Of a DNA stretch of 64,000 nt, positions 49,167 through 61,666 are shown in pieces. This stretch comes from Podarcis cretensis (lineage: Eukaryota). The notes beneath the pieces are model-generated. The model saw nothing but the letters and a program-made list of their open reading frames with translations, made no database searches and had not been told where the DNA came from. The first letter of the stretch is position 1. Each line of letters opens with the position of its first letter. Made by a program: the position numbers and the translations under genes. The stretch is taken from contig OX638154.1 in the NCBI GenBank assembly GCA_951804945.1, forward strand, positions 82,460,001 through 82,524,000, given 5' to 3'.

Positions 49167-49370
49167 NNNNNNNNNNNNNNNNNNNNNNNNNNNNNNNNNN
49201 NNNNNNNNNNNNNNNNNNNNNNNNNNNNNNNNNNNNNNNNNNNNNNNNNNNNNNNNNNNNNNNNNNNNNNNNNNNNNNNNNNNNNNNNNNNNNNNNNNNN
49301 NNNNNNNNNNNNNNNNNNNNNNNNNNNNNNNNNNNNNNNNNNNNNNNNNNNNNNNNNNNNNNNNNNNNNN
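49167..49370. other. N block, 204 nt
   Basis: Counted run of N. Confidence 0.98.
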
Positions 49371-50894
49371 CACACACCACACTTCATATTCTGCAGCCTT
49401 GCATAATGAATAGGGCACAAGAGGGGAAAACAATATCTTAATCAGCAGAATTAGCATCTTTGCTTAACCCCCCCCCCCCACAACCAACTAGGTGGCATTC
49501 AGTTTTACAGTACCGACATCCATCAGCTGTTGGAGAACTTCAGTGTCACTGACTACACTTCCTCTTTTATAATAGTAATTTGTTTCAAAGGACAAGTCTA
49601 GTCACTTTTATTTTTAAAGCACAAAAGATTACACTATACTAGAAAGGCAAGAGGCAGCATGAAAATAAACAGTTAGGATGAAGCTATGCATCCAATTATC
49701 TTTTTAATGCAAAAAATGCCATGAATTTTGCCAGAAGAAATATTTTAACATGTATTCTATTGATTTCTTGTATTCTTCTTGTTGCTGGACTAAATGTTTT
49801 GGTAACTATGTCATGAAAGACATTGATTTGGTTAGCTTTTGAAGTGAAGCCAACAAAGGGAGGTTCTTTTTTTAAAAAAATTGCATCAGCAATTTTATTT
49901 TGTACATTTATCAAAATTGACTTTTTGGGGAAGGCATTATGACTGCAGTCTGATACACACATATATACAGCATAATTTTATGTGTAAGTTCAGTAGGGCT
50001 TACTCAAAGAAACCCACACTGAATTCTGGCATAAGGTGAGGCTATATCACAATGTATTTATTTACTCTCAACGTTGGTTTTTAAAATAGTTCCTGAAGTT
50101 AAAAATCCAACACAATCATGGCTGGAACCGAGGCTCCGGTGACAATGGAAGTTTGTTTTGATAGACAGCTTTGTACTGACAACCACACACACAAAATGAC
50201 CAAAGACAAGGAAGGAAAGGAAGAAACACAGAGTATATAGCACAGGGCTGAGGTTTGGAGTGATGCAGAGGAATGTGTGGAACAGCTGCTCACAAAATAC
50301 CTGCCTTGTAAGTAAATGGAAAGCTTCAGCTTCTATTAATTTGACTGGTGAGCTCTAGTGAACGGTAACGAAAATCCTATGTGATGTGCTTGCAATGCAG
50401 CCCCCATTACATTTGAATAGACAATTTGGGACTGCACTGCTTTTTCTTCTTTTTGTTTTACACTGTGAGCAATTGAGATATGACATAAAGAAGCATGAGG
50501 TTTTGCAGACGAGTGCTAGCTTAGAATGACTATTATTATTTCTACTAATACTGTATTATAATTGTTACTATTTTATTTCTGTATGGCCCTCCTGGTTGGG
50601 AACCCAGAGTGGAGTACATCATAAATAAGATATAGTCAATTAAAGCAACATTACATTGAAACCAGTCTAAAAACTCCTGACATCAAGCAGAACCCAACTA
50701 AAACCTGTAATAACATTTTTCATCTGCTTGGTACCTCTAAAGGATGCAAGCAGTTTCTGCCTTAAAGTACCAAGTAGAGGCATGCCCTACACTCACTACC
50801 CCCTCGCCTCAAAAAAGGCTGGTGACCCCTACTTTACTTACATGGTCCACATAAATGGAAAAACACACACCAGTGCCTTTTAAATAGATAATTT

Positions 50895-50988
50895 ACAACA
50901 CAATTCTAGACATGCCTGCTTAGAAATAAGGCCCACTGAGTTTGATAGGGCTTACTCCCAGGTAAGTGGGTATAGAACTGCAGCCCTA
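50895..50988. repeat. Short old palindromic dispersed repeat (probable MITE); relatives at about 8195-8265, 10850-10925, 17350-17445, 38645-38700, 42945-43012, 59525-59580
   Basis: Recurrent core AAGTAAG.CCCA.TGA..TCA.TGGG.CTTACT and terminal ATAGGATTGCAGC-like sequence. Confidence 0.6.
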
Positions 50989-53726
50989 ACTGACCATCCC
51001 TTTAGACTTTTCTTGAAATGACATGCTCGTTAGTTTTCCATAGCTTAACAATTAGAGTGATGTGTTGAATTTTCCTGTATGATTATGCACCAGTTATTGA
51101 ATTATTCAGCAATACACATTTTCTCGGGATCTTAAGTGACATACAAGCTAAGTATACCAGCCCCTTTGCTAAACTAATAGAAGAAACAGAGGGAAGAGAG
51201 TGGAAATGGCAATGTTCGCACATTATAAGGCATAAACCACAAGGTTCCTGCCCTCTCCCAGCTCACACTAAGGCTGTGTATATGCTCCTGTTTACTCAGC
51301 ATCCAGTGCACTCCTGCTGCAAGTCTGGCAGCATTAACCACAACAAACCTTTATCCTGTCGTTTGTAATGAAATGCTACATTTTGATGTGTTTCCCCCAC
51401 AAACCGCATTCAATCTTCAATCTAACGTGTACAGAGCCTAAGAGGGAGGGAAACATGGTCCCTGCCTGGTTTAGTGTTACTCCAAACAAATCACAACCTG
51501 TAGCCAAATTTTATTATTGGCTTACAGGTCATTGGATGTAGTGATAAATCCAAGGTGGTGGTTTGCTTTCTCTGGGTGGAATTAAGCAGTTTTGCTAGTG
51601 CACAAAAAGCCATGGTTTATGGTGCACTGTGATGTGCAAACACCACAGGAATTGAAGGCTATCTCCTACCACGACCAACACGCTATTCTGTAACCTGAGC
51701 CCTTTTGTACACAAAGTTACTTGCTGAATCTGCCCAGTAGTACACGTAAGACAATCACAGTATGCCTGCAGGTGCATTGTGGGGAACGAATCTCTGCTGG
51801 CTCATGGAGAATTAACCTAACAGCAGTCCTTAACATAGGATGTCCGCGTGTGGGATGGGCTAGATGAGGAATGCAGGATTATACCCCAGGATAGTGGTGG
51901 TGATCTCTGGCCCCATAATCTTCTGAGGAAGCACTAGATACTAACGGGAGCTAAGCTAAGACATTTTTGCTGTCTGCTGCTGAGCAGCAACCCCACATGC
52001 ACCCTCAAGTCAAGGTGCATTAGTTCCCTCAATGAAGACATGGGGTTGATATTTTTGACTAACTCACAGTGCCCCTGAAGATACACAAAGAGAACATTTT
52101 TTCAGAAGGAACATGGCCATACTATCAAATAGGGTTGATAGGACCCCTATCACAAAGAACTGAAGAGGGCTAAAGATAACTTCACTATAAAGTATATCCT
52201 ATGGGTTTATAAATGCTATGCCCCCACTCTGCTGCCTTTATCCACAAGGAACCTATCCTATCCTTGTTGAGGGAGGAGGGTGGTTCAGGTGGAATGATTA
52301 TGCAGGGCTAGTGATACTGCCAACCTCCAGCATCTGTTTGCCTGAGTTTGTCTAATCTCTGCCCTGGGTGCAATAATGGGGACTGGAATTAAGGTCTTCA
52401 TCCACCACTAAATTTCTTAAAGCAAATCCTAATTGCTGACCAGGTCTGTTAGGGCTGCATAACCTACTGTGATGGCAATGCTACAAAAATTCAGTGCAGC
52501 ACATTGTTTTATGTAGATGGAACAGTCTATAGGTTTTAGAATATCAATTCCCCCTTTTGTTTAAGTAGAGCTCCATTATTTTATTTATTACTAAATTGCT
52601 CTTTTGTTGCTTCCTGACGGTTTGATTTGTTGCGCCGGTTACATATCAAATGAGCCACAGTCTCTTGGAATGAGTGGCTCTCTTTCATTATTTTTCGAGC
52701 CATATTGAAAACCATTCCTGTCAGCTGATACTCTCCCAAGTAGCTTGGGAGAACTTTGGCATAGTTTGCCTAACCTTACAAACAGTAAAAGCAAAACTCG
52801 CCTTTGATTAAAATAATAATAATAAAGCCAGAGGACTTTGGCACAGAGCCATTAAGGATGCAGGTGACGTTTGTAGCAGGCTTGACAGAATATTTCGCAA
52901 AACAGTAAATGTTCTCCTGAGGGTCCCTCAAATGGGCTGCGGCACTTTGCTTGTACTTAACATATATCAACTGTCACCCAACGGCAGTCACCGCTGAACT
53001 GAGCACAATGGAACATCCAGATGGGCTAAACAAAGTGAGCAAATGTTCAATGCTATTAAAAGCTGTTTACATCAACTTCCAGTATTTCATGTGGTGAGGT
53101 TTATATTGTGTCACCTCTGAGCTGCTTAGCTCCATCCACTGCCAGCCGACACTTTTGTAAACCATTGTTGCTTATGTATGAAAATGCTGTACGTGCTACA
53201 GAGCATTTAAACAGCAGGGAACAGTCCATTGTATGCTAATTGCTTACTCCCAAGTATTTTAAATGATCTTAATTTCTAGTTAGCAGATCTCCTTTGTGGA
53301 CTTCTTTTCCAGCCTTACTATTCTTCTAACCAACAGGTGAACCATCAGGATTTGTTTTACTTTATTTTTCCTCCCACTTGCAAATCTACACACACTTTGT
53401 GCCATATGCAAATTTGCTGTGCACAAGTAAGATGATGTCGGGTGAGATGGAATTTCAAGGAATGATGCTTTCCCCATAATTGTGTTTCTGTATAAGAAAC
53501 AGCTTAACCTGTTGAATCCCAACAGGCAGATATACAGCTATAATATATACATAGGAAAAACTCTTGCAGAATTACATAGCCAAACTAGGTCTTCACATTT
53601 TCTGGAAGTTGATTCGAAGAGATGTCTCTTTCTCCTTAAGTTGCTTATTGTTCCACCCATTCTTGGATAAGTGCTGCAGCTTAGTGGCAGAACAAGTGGA
53701 CCGTTACTGAGGTGGATGGACAAATG

Positions 53727-53798
53727 AAGCCGCCCAGAGTGGCTGGGGAAACCCAGCCAGATGGGCGGGGTACAAATAATGAATTATTATTATTATCA
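53727..53798 (+). mobile_element. L2 extreme 3' end inserted in an older SINE
   Basis: GCCGCCCAGAGTGGCTGGGGAAACCCAGCCAGATGGGCGGGGTA plus ATT tail. Confidence 0.85.
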
Positions 53799-54707
53799 TT
53801 AATGATCTGGCTTAATATAAGGCAGCTTTCCATGTGCCTTCATTATTGGCGCCTCTTCCATTACCTTTTAAAAAAAATGAATTTGCAGGTGGGGGGTTTC
53901 ATCTGTTTGTTAATTACAACAAATTTCTGCTCCAGGTTCCCACTTTTGCCAGCAAACTGTATCAAATGTGTGTACATGTATGTATAGGTGCTATTTCACT
54001 TTTTTGAAAAATGAAAGCAAAGAAAGAAGAGTTTCCCATTTTGGGAGAAGTAGGTGTGTTTGGGAAATGTGTAAAGGTTAAAAGAAGGGTAGCAAATAGG
54101 ATAAAACTGAAATGGACTAAAATAGGAGTGCTTGTCTGCATACACAATGAGACTTTGTTCAGTCCATTACATAGAAGAGATTTATTCTGGAGTGAGCCAG
54201 TCCTGTGTGCTTGGAGAGCTCCAGTTCTGCTTGCTGCCCATTTGCTTTATATAAGGTCTGTACCTTCAAGTGTATCAGACTGTTCCAAAGCCTCTGCATT
54301 CATGCTTGACAGAGGTCAAACCTTGTGCCTTTAGATGAGCCCTTGGAGCCAGTTTGTCAATCCAAATGCAAGCTGCTCAACTTCCTGTTTATGCCTGTGC
54401 TGAGTTACATATCCGGACTTCCTTGCCTTCAGCTGCAGGTTTTTCCGTACTCCCTAGGAGATCCCTTCCTTAAAATGGTTTCTTATCATTTAAGCAGGCT
54501 GCTGGAATTTTGCTAATTCCTGTTTCACTTAACACATGTGAAGTTCTGCATTGGCTACACAGGCCATACAGTGTTACCAAAAGGTGATTTAAATAACAGT
54601 GTACGATCAGAGAGGGCATTAAATGCAATATTTTGATTACCTGTTAAAGGCACTTCCTGTAAACTGACCTCAAGTTGCTATCAATGAAAGTGTGATCTTG
54701 TAAATTT

Positions 54708-54773
54708 AAGTTGTAGTTAGGATTTTGTGTACCTTTAAAAGTTGTAGTTAGACCGTTTTGTGTACCTTTAAAA
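54708..54773. repeat. Imperfect tandem duplication of about 31 bp
   Basis: AAGTTGTAGTTAG...TTTTGTGTACCTTTAA occurs twice. Confidence 0.85.
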
Positions 54774-55891
54774 AGACTATCCTTGCACCTCAAGGTTAAT
54801 TTTGGCTGACACTATGAGTGGTTTTAAAACTGATAATCTCTCCACTAGATGCTGATGATGAATCCTACTAGTACTAGTTCCTGCACTTACAAGCTGGCCA
54901 TCTAAAATTAAACACTGGGATCAAGCAACAGAAGAAGAAGCCTAAGCTGAAAGGGACAAGTTAGCCAGGTGAGCAAATGCAATTACACATGCTACACCAT
55001 TTCAAAGGTGGCCTCCCAGTTACGGAACCGTATTCTAAACGTGATCCGTCAGGCCTCATCCCTTGGCAGTTTTACACAGTCCTTAAAGAGCCATCTTTTT
55101 ATCATGGCCCTTGGGAGCCAATCTGTAAATTGGTCATTTTATTTTCTATTGTATACTATAGTGATTATGTATTGTTGGACAGAGATGTATATTTCAAATG
55201 TTTAAAGGGAATTATTGCTGGATTTTATGAATATGCATTGATATGATGGGAGGCAGTTGGTCTAAAAGTAAAATTGAATTGAATTACTATACCAGCACCA
55301 CAGTTTTTAAGTGTTATTGGAACAAGCAAATATCCAGCATTGAATACTACACTGTCATCAAATGTTGTGCACAAGGATAAATATTTACACTGCGTATATT
55401 AATATGAAGGCAACCCACCACTGAGCAAAGGTGTCACGTTTTAAGCCCTGACCCTTTGTATAGAGTCAATAGCCTCTGGCAAAAGGTGCAAGAAGTGATT
55501 TTTGAATAAATAATTCAGCCGTCTACAGTGGAAGTACCAAAGGAAGCATTGTATACAGAAGAGAATTTGTCTAAGCAGTTAAGCCAGCTATAGGGGTTTG
55601 GGTGTGTGGGTGTGTGTCCTTGTACCATCTACCGGTAAATAGAACAATATGTTGGTGCAACGAAGGGAGGAAAAGCGTTAAAGCAGCTTGGTCCCTCCGG
55701 AAGTTTTGAACTACAACTCTCATCAACCCCAGCTGGCATGGTCTATTGTCCAGGATGATGGCAGTTTTGTCCCTAACATCTGCTGATCACTAGGTTGAGG
55801 AGGCTACCCTGAATTTCATAATTATATATAGATCTTATGTTCCCGACATAAAAATACAAGATGGAAATACCAAAATAGCTATTCTCATCTG

Positions 55892-56027
55892 CAGTGTTTC
55901 CCAACCTTGGGCCTCCAGCTGTTTTTGAACTACAATTCCCATCATCCCTGACCACTGGTCTTGCTAGCTAGGGATGATGGGAGTTGTAGGCCAAAAACAT
56001 CTGGAGGCCCAAGGTTGGGAAACACTG
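55892..56027. mobile_element. Palindromic hAT MITE, near-identical to 15993-16128
   Basis: Perfect 8-bp TSD CTCATCTG (55884-55891 and 56028-56035). Same TIRs. Confidence 0.96.
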
Positions 56028-56055
56028 CTCATCTGTCTTTACACACCCCTGCCTC

Positions 56056-56056
<1 letters not shown>

Positions 56057-56101
<45 letters not shown>

Positions 56102-56296
56102 TTGTATTCCGCCCTATATCTGCAGGTCTCAGGGCGGTTCACAGGATAAAATCACAATATATATAAAAAAGCCAAATACATAATCAAAATAAAAACAAAA
56201 ACAACCCAATAACACCCCCCCCCACACATTTTAAAAGGGCATTGGATATCAATTAGCCAAAGGCCTGGTTAAAGAGGAAAGATTTTTCCTAGCGCG
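56057..56296 (-). mobile_element. L2 3' end with ATT microsatellite
   Basis: (ATT)n, then TATTCCGCCCTATATC...CTCAGGGCGGTTCACAG and CCAAAGGCCTGGTTAAAGAGG. Confidence 0.8.
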
Positions 56297-56899
56297 TAGT
56301 TCAGGGGTCGCATGACTATGTTATGTTTGCTATCCAGATCCATCTCTCTTCTGTGTGGGTCTTCCTGAAGAGCACACAATTTGGTGTGCACAGTGGGGAA
56401 TTTGTGACTGCACAATGAAGCTTCCTATCATGTAAAAGAGAACAGGAAGCTATGAATATACTGGGCTCCAGGGAGTGTTCTGATTGTGGCCGTTGTGTAT
56501 AGACTTGCACGCAGAAAGGAATAATTATTGAACTTAATGACTGTCGTGTTATCTTAAGAGATGTTTCTAATGAATATAGAGTAGCTTTCAAACGTAAGTG
56601 TTCGGGCTCCACACTGTTTAAATAATGTTTGATTGATCAACTGCAATTTAACCAATTAAGTAATAATTAAATCTAAACAACTAAATTTAAATAACTTTGC
56701 ATATTGCCAAACCTGATGTCCTCTGAGATTTTGAAGGCAATGTGACATAGCTTGCAATTTAATAAAAAGGTGTCACTCATTGGAAGGGAAGCTTAATATT
56801 TTATTTTTCATTTCCTGTTTCCTTGATGCAAAACTAAGGCTTTAGTTGAGTAACGTTAAGATCTGTAGGGGGGGGGGCTCTCTTAATATTTCCCCCACC

Positions 56900-57200
56900 C
56901 TTGGAACTGTGGAGGCTGGGAGAGAGCTTTTTCTGTGGCAGCCCTTAAATTGGGGAACTCCGTCCCCATAGATGCATCTTGCATCTTCACTGTGCAGCCT
57001 TTGCTGTATGTTAAAGAAGCAGCTTTCCCCGCTGGCCTTTGGCAGTGAAGGTGACTTTGGCTAAATTTGTACCATTCTATTCCATTTGGAATGGTTTTAT
57101 GTGCTTTATAATTGCAACTGTTTTATCTTATAATTTTAAATACTGCTGAACCACCCTAGGACCTTAGGGCATAGGGTAGGTAAGAAATCAATCAAATAAG
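56900..57200 (+). mobile_element. Old L2 3' fragment
   Basis: GAGAGAGCTTTTTCTGTGGCAGCCC...GGAACTC...TTAAAGAAGCAGCTTT resembles the L2 RAFS...WNS...LK C-terminus. Confidence 0.6.
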
Positions 57201-57272
57201 ATAATTGTTGTTTAAACTGATCAAATCTATATGTGCTAATATATATGGGATTTCCTTACTGTATATACTGTA

Positions 57273-57609
57273 ATGGTAAAGCGACCCCTGACTGTTGGGG
57301 CCAGTCGCAGACGACTCTGGGGTTGCGGTGCTCATCTTGCTTTACTGGCCGAGGGTACAGCTTCCGGGTCATGTGGCCAGCATGACTAAGCTACTTCTGG
57401 CAAACCAGAGCAGCGCACGGAAACGCCGTTTACCTTCCCGCTGGAAGTATTTATCTACTTACACTTTGACGTGCTTTCGAACTGCTAGGTTGGCAGGAGC
57501 AGGGACCGAGCAACAGGAGCTCACCGCATCGTGGGGATTCGAACTGCTGACCTTCTGATCGGCAAGCCCTAGGCTCAGTGGTTTAGACCACAGCGACAGC
57601 CGCGTCCCA
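57273..57609 (-). mobile_element. Sauria SINE
   Basis: TSD TATATACTGTA (57262-57272 and 57610-57620). Head and body conserved, with small deletions. Confidence 0.95.
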
Positions 57610-57839
57610 TATATACTGTACTCCCCTTCAATTAGCACTTTATTAATAAAATATAATAGTAATAAAGCAACATAGAACAACAATTAAATAAATAAATAAA
57701 TAAAAAAAAACACAGTTGAGAAGATAAATGTCAAATCAGCAGTTAAAAGATTGGGAAAATTAAAAGGTTTTCATCTGGCTCCAGAAAGATAACACAAAGT
57801 CCAGCAACAACATGCAGCTTCTTTGAGCAGGAGTTGGAG

Positions 57840-58020
57840 CTCTCCAAGATGTAGCAATGGCCACCAATTTAGATGGCTTCAAAATGAGATTAGACCGATT
57901 TATGGCACATTAGGCTCTCAGTGGCCACTAGCCATGATGCCTATATTCTGCCTCAACTGTCAGAGGCAGTTCCTGGGGATCACAAACAGAATGGCATCCA
58001 CATACTGCTTGCTGGCTTCA
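57840..58020 (+). mobile_element. Old CR1 fragment
   Basis: GATGTAGCAATGGCCACCAATTTAGATGGCTTCAAAATGAGATTAGAC, resembling the CR1 ORF2 C-terminus. Confidence 0.6.
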
Positions 58021-58094
58021 GATTGACAAAATTTCGGATCCAGGATGTGAATGGAAAATTTATGGGCTTAATTTTCAATACTTTCATTTAATAT

Positions 58095-58333
58095 AAGATG
58101 AAATTAATTCGTTCCGCGGGTTGCTTCGTCTTGCGATTTTTTCGTCTTGCGGAGCGCGGATTCCCCGGGTATTAACAGCTTTAAGAAAAAGGAAGCAAAC
58201 CCGCAAGACGTTTTCGTCTTGCGAAGCAAGCCCATAGGGAAATTCGTCTTGCGAAGCACCTCGAAAAACGGAAAACCCTTTCGTCTAGCGAATTTTTCGT
58301 CTTGCGAGGCATTTGTCTTGCGGGGCACCACTG
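58095..58333. mobile_element. Tigger-like MITE (24973 family) lacking the left TIR tip
   Basis: Collinear with 24987-25252. Ends GGCACCACTG followed by TA. Confidence 0.9.
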
Positions 58334-58335
58334 TA

Positions 58336-58566
58336 TAGTAATTCCTCCGCGAACGTCTGCCTCATCTAGCGTCCATTCCAGCGAATGTCTGTGGCAAACC
58401 CGGAAGTACCGGAATGGGTTACTTCCGGGTTTGCTGCTTTCACATGCGCAGAAGTGCTAAATTGTGCTTTGCGCGCATGCGCAGATGCGGCACTTTGCCC
58501 TGCGTCCTTTTCGGCTAGCAGCTGGGGTTCCGGAACAGATCCCAGTCGCAAAACAAGGTACGGCCC
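58336..58566. mobile_element. Second decayed Tc1/mariner-like MITE abutting the previous one
   Basis: CpG-rich. Internal hairpin GCAAACCCGGAAGTA / TACTTCCGGGTTTGC, related to GCAAACCCAGAAGTA at 39693. Ends CAAGGTAC. Confidence 0.6.
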
Positions 58567-60336
58567 TAAGGTTAATTTAGATCGACATCAGAGGTAGTAG
58601 AGTCACCGCAAAGTGGCTTTGGGGGACTGAATAACTATTGGTTTCAATGCTTTAGCCTAATCATAGACCATTTTAAGAATGTGCTTTGTGTGTGTCAAAA
58701 TATTCATATGAAAACATCATCCAGATTGAAATCACATCATCTTGTAATGGCTTCATTAACTCTGCCACCAGTTCAGCAACCCTTTTTATTCCCTTTCACC
58801 CTTTGTTTTCTGAAACATTTTCATGATGTTGTTGTTTTTGGTCAGAAAAACGTATGTTGCTAAATATGGTTTCTGTTTTTTATAGTAAAACCAACAATAA
58901 CAATGAGTCTAGCTATTATATTAACAATTAGTGCTGATCCCACACACGGCTTTCATCTCCTGGTCATTTGTCATAATGCTTATATTTCTGTTGCAATGAG
59001 GATGTGTGATGCCTCTCTGAAAGCAGCTGGAATGAAAACAAACACATCCACCAAGTTTGGCAAGCAAGAGAACAGAGACAGATTAATTTGTTGTGTGCTT
59101 CAAAGGGTTCCTCAGAAAAAGCTCTTTCATTGATGGTGGAGTGGCACACTATGCCTGTAAGCATGGAAAGTCTGAGCTGCATTCTTAATTTAGTACCGTG
59201 TGGGAAAGTTGATGAATGATGACAGTAAAGTTGGTTTTACTTCTATTGTAAGGTTCTTTCTAAAACAGCAAGTCTCAGTTATTAATCTGCAAAATCTTAA
59301 TTTCTGTGGATTAATTATGAACACACATATATACACAAACTTCTAAACCTCACTTCTAATGCTGTGCAATTTCCCAGTGCATTTATACAGTTGTCTCTAT
59401 CGGAGGTTAAGTTTTGTTTCTAAACTGTGCAAAGAAGAACTGAAGAAACTTGTTTTTAAAACAAAGTTCATGGAGTTCAGTAAGTGTCCCAAACAACAGG
59501 AAAACAATCCTAAATTATTCTAAGTCTGCAATGTACACACTTACCTGGGAGTTAGCCCCACTGAACTCACTGGAACTTACATATCGATTCATGTTATTAG
59601 AAGAGAATTTGTCGCTAGCACACTTCACTTTGATTTCCACTTCACCCCGTCCAGTTGATTATTTTATGTCATTTTGGTAAGAACTTGGCTTGAAGTTCAC
59701 AGGCAGCACAAAACATGTAGCTACAAACAGAGCCCTTCATCAGTTGAAACATCTTCCCTTCAGACTTTGGGATAAATAGACTTCTCCGTTTACCACTGAC
59801 ACGTGTGTGAGGAACAGCCCATAACATGATTGAACTCCATTGATTTTTCATAAAAGTTTAATAAGACGATACAGGTCAAAAGCTTTGCAAAATTTGCAAT
59901 AAATTTTGGCAGCTATCTGAACTAGACTTTGCTGCAAAAGCTGACATAAGAGGAGTGAAAGTGTTGGTTGAGACTATGAAAGGTAATGAGCACTGTGAAA
60001 CTTTTGATCAGCTTTTTAAAGACTTTTGTATTGACTGCTGTTTCTCAGCAGATTAATTTTTTTTGTTTAGAGGAGATTTCATTCATTTGATAATATCAGC
60101 ATATCTCCAATAGCATGCATTATAAAAACACCTTCCTAATAGTGATGTCCCAAAACATTTGAGGCCCAAGACAGACTATCCCGATGGTGGTCAGAGTATT
60201 TAAACTAAATAATTGACATTTTGCTGCCTTTTAATGGTATTCCAAAACATGCTGTCTGAGGTGAACTGCTTCTTCCTGCCAAATATTTGGGATGATCCTG
60301 CTCCTTAAATGCAACCTCTCTTGAAGTGCAGCTTTC

Positions 60337-60854
60337 TGTGGGAATGTTGAGGAAGGTAGGATCTATTGATTAAATATTATTCCTCCTCCTCACTCACATT
60401 AGTGAGCAAGCAGCAGAGCACATTCCTTGCAGCTTGTTGGAAGCAAGTTGATGATTTGTTAGAATCATTTAAATTAATCAATCCAGTCTGGCTTGTCCAG
60501 TCTGGATTGTTCCTGGTAAGTTTTCCTTTTATTTCCTCTTTAAAATAATAATAACACGACAGTCTTCTTTAAAAGTAAGAGTAAAGTTTTACTTACGTTC
60601 AGTTCACAGCAGTAATCTGAAGGCAGGCTTTATCTTGTGGTTACAGTTACATAGTCAGCTTTTACATGGTCAGCTAGGGTCATGCCCATCTATCTAGGGT
60701 CATGCCCATCTATCTGGTCACACACAAGGGGAGGAGACTCCAGAGCAGCTTTGACAGGAAGTCCTCCCTGTCTGGAGCCACATTCCCCTGTGTGTCCACT
60801 CTAGGCAACAGGAAAATATTGTACTTGACTGCTTCAGGGATGATACATCCCACA
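60337..60854 (-). mobile_element. Probable solo LTR
   Basis: TG...CA ends with a 7-bp inverted repeat TGTGGGA / TCCCACA. Flanks CTTTC / CTTCC. AGTAAA on the minus strand. Internal 20-bp tandem duplication at 60674-60713. Confidence 0.65.
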
Positions 60855-61299
60855 CTTCCTTCATGTTTTACGCAAGCTTAAAGCAGCTAGGACAAGGGCA
60901 GTCAACATGTTTGGGACTACAAATCCTGTCAGACTCAATCAGTATAGCTGATGTTTGCCAATGATGGAAGTTGGAGTCCAAAGCATCTGGAAGACTTTGC
61001 ATTGGCTATTCCTGATCTAGGACGTACATACTTGCACATTATGGCTGCCAACTGGAGCCCATTTTTATATAGTTCCATGTGGGTGGTGATGCTTCATGAT
61101 GACGTATTTGTTGTGTAGTGACATACCATGCAACCTGGGCAATTTTCTCCATACCAGCACAAATGCCCTTTGCCATGAGGTTTCATGAGAAATGGAGAAA
61201 ATCACTGATCCATGTGGTGATTAATAATAACAATGAGGAGGAGGAGGAGGAGAAGGATTCCACATTTAACAGTATCAGAAGCTGTTAAAGGATCATGGT

Positions 61300-61485
61300 C
61301 ATACTCCCCTATCTTGTTTCTGACAAGCATTACCAATCAGGGCAACCATGGTGGTGGTTTCAGTGTCATGGCCGGGCCTGAGACCAGTCTCAGATGGATC
61401 CATGTAATCAGTTTCCTCCAAGTATGCCTGAAGCTGGACCAACACCACCTCCTTGAACACCTTGCTCAACATATTTGCCACTGAG
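61300..61485 (-). mobile_element. Degraded L2 reverse-transcriptase fragment
   Basis: LSKVFKEVVLVQLQAYLEETDYMDPSETGLRPGHDTET resembles the L2/CR1 RT motif K.LE.VV..QL......DP.QSGFR..H.TET. Confidence 0.8.
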
Positions 61486-61589
61486 TGATACATACGTTAC
61501 GCTTCTAGGCCCAGGGAGGTCACCTGTTATATAAGGAGATACTTGTAAGATATAAGGCAATATGGGAGTTCAAGTAGGGTAAGTGAGAG

Positions 61590-61666
61590 AGGGATTCGAA
61601 CCGCCAACCTTCCAATTGGCAAACCCAAGAGGCTCAGTGGTCTAGACCACAGCACCACCCATGTAC
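61590..61666 (-). mobile_element. Sauria SINE head-only fragment
   Basis: GGGATTCGAACCGCCAACCTTC...GACCACAGCACCACCC. Confidence 0.8.

Noticed and set aside
50959-50968. Donor CAGGTAAGT (similar at 38670)
   Set aside because: Part of the dispersed palindromic repeat.
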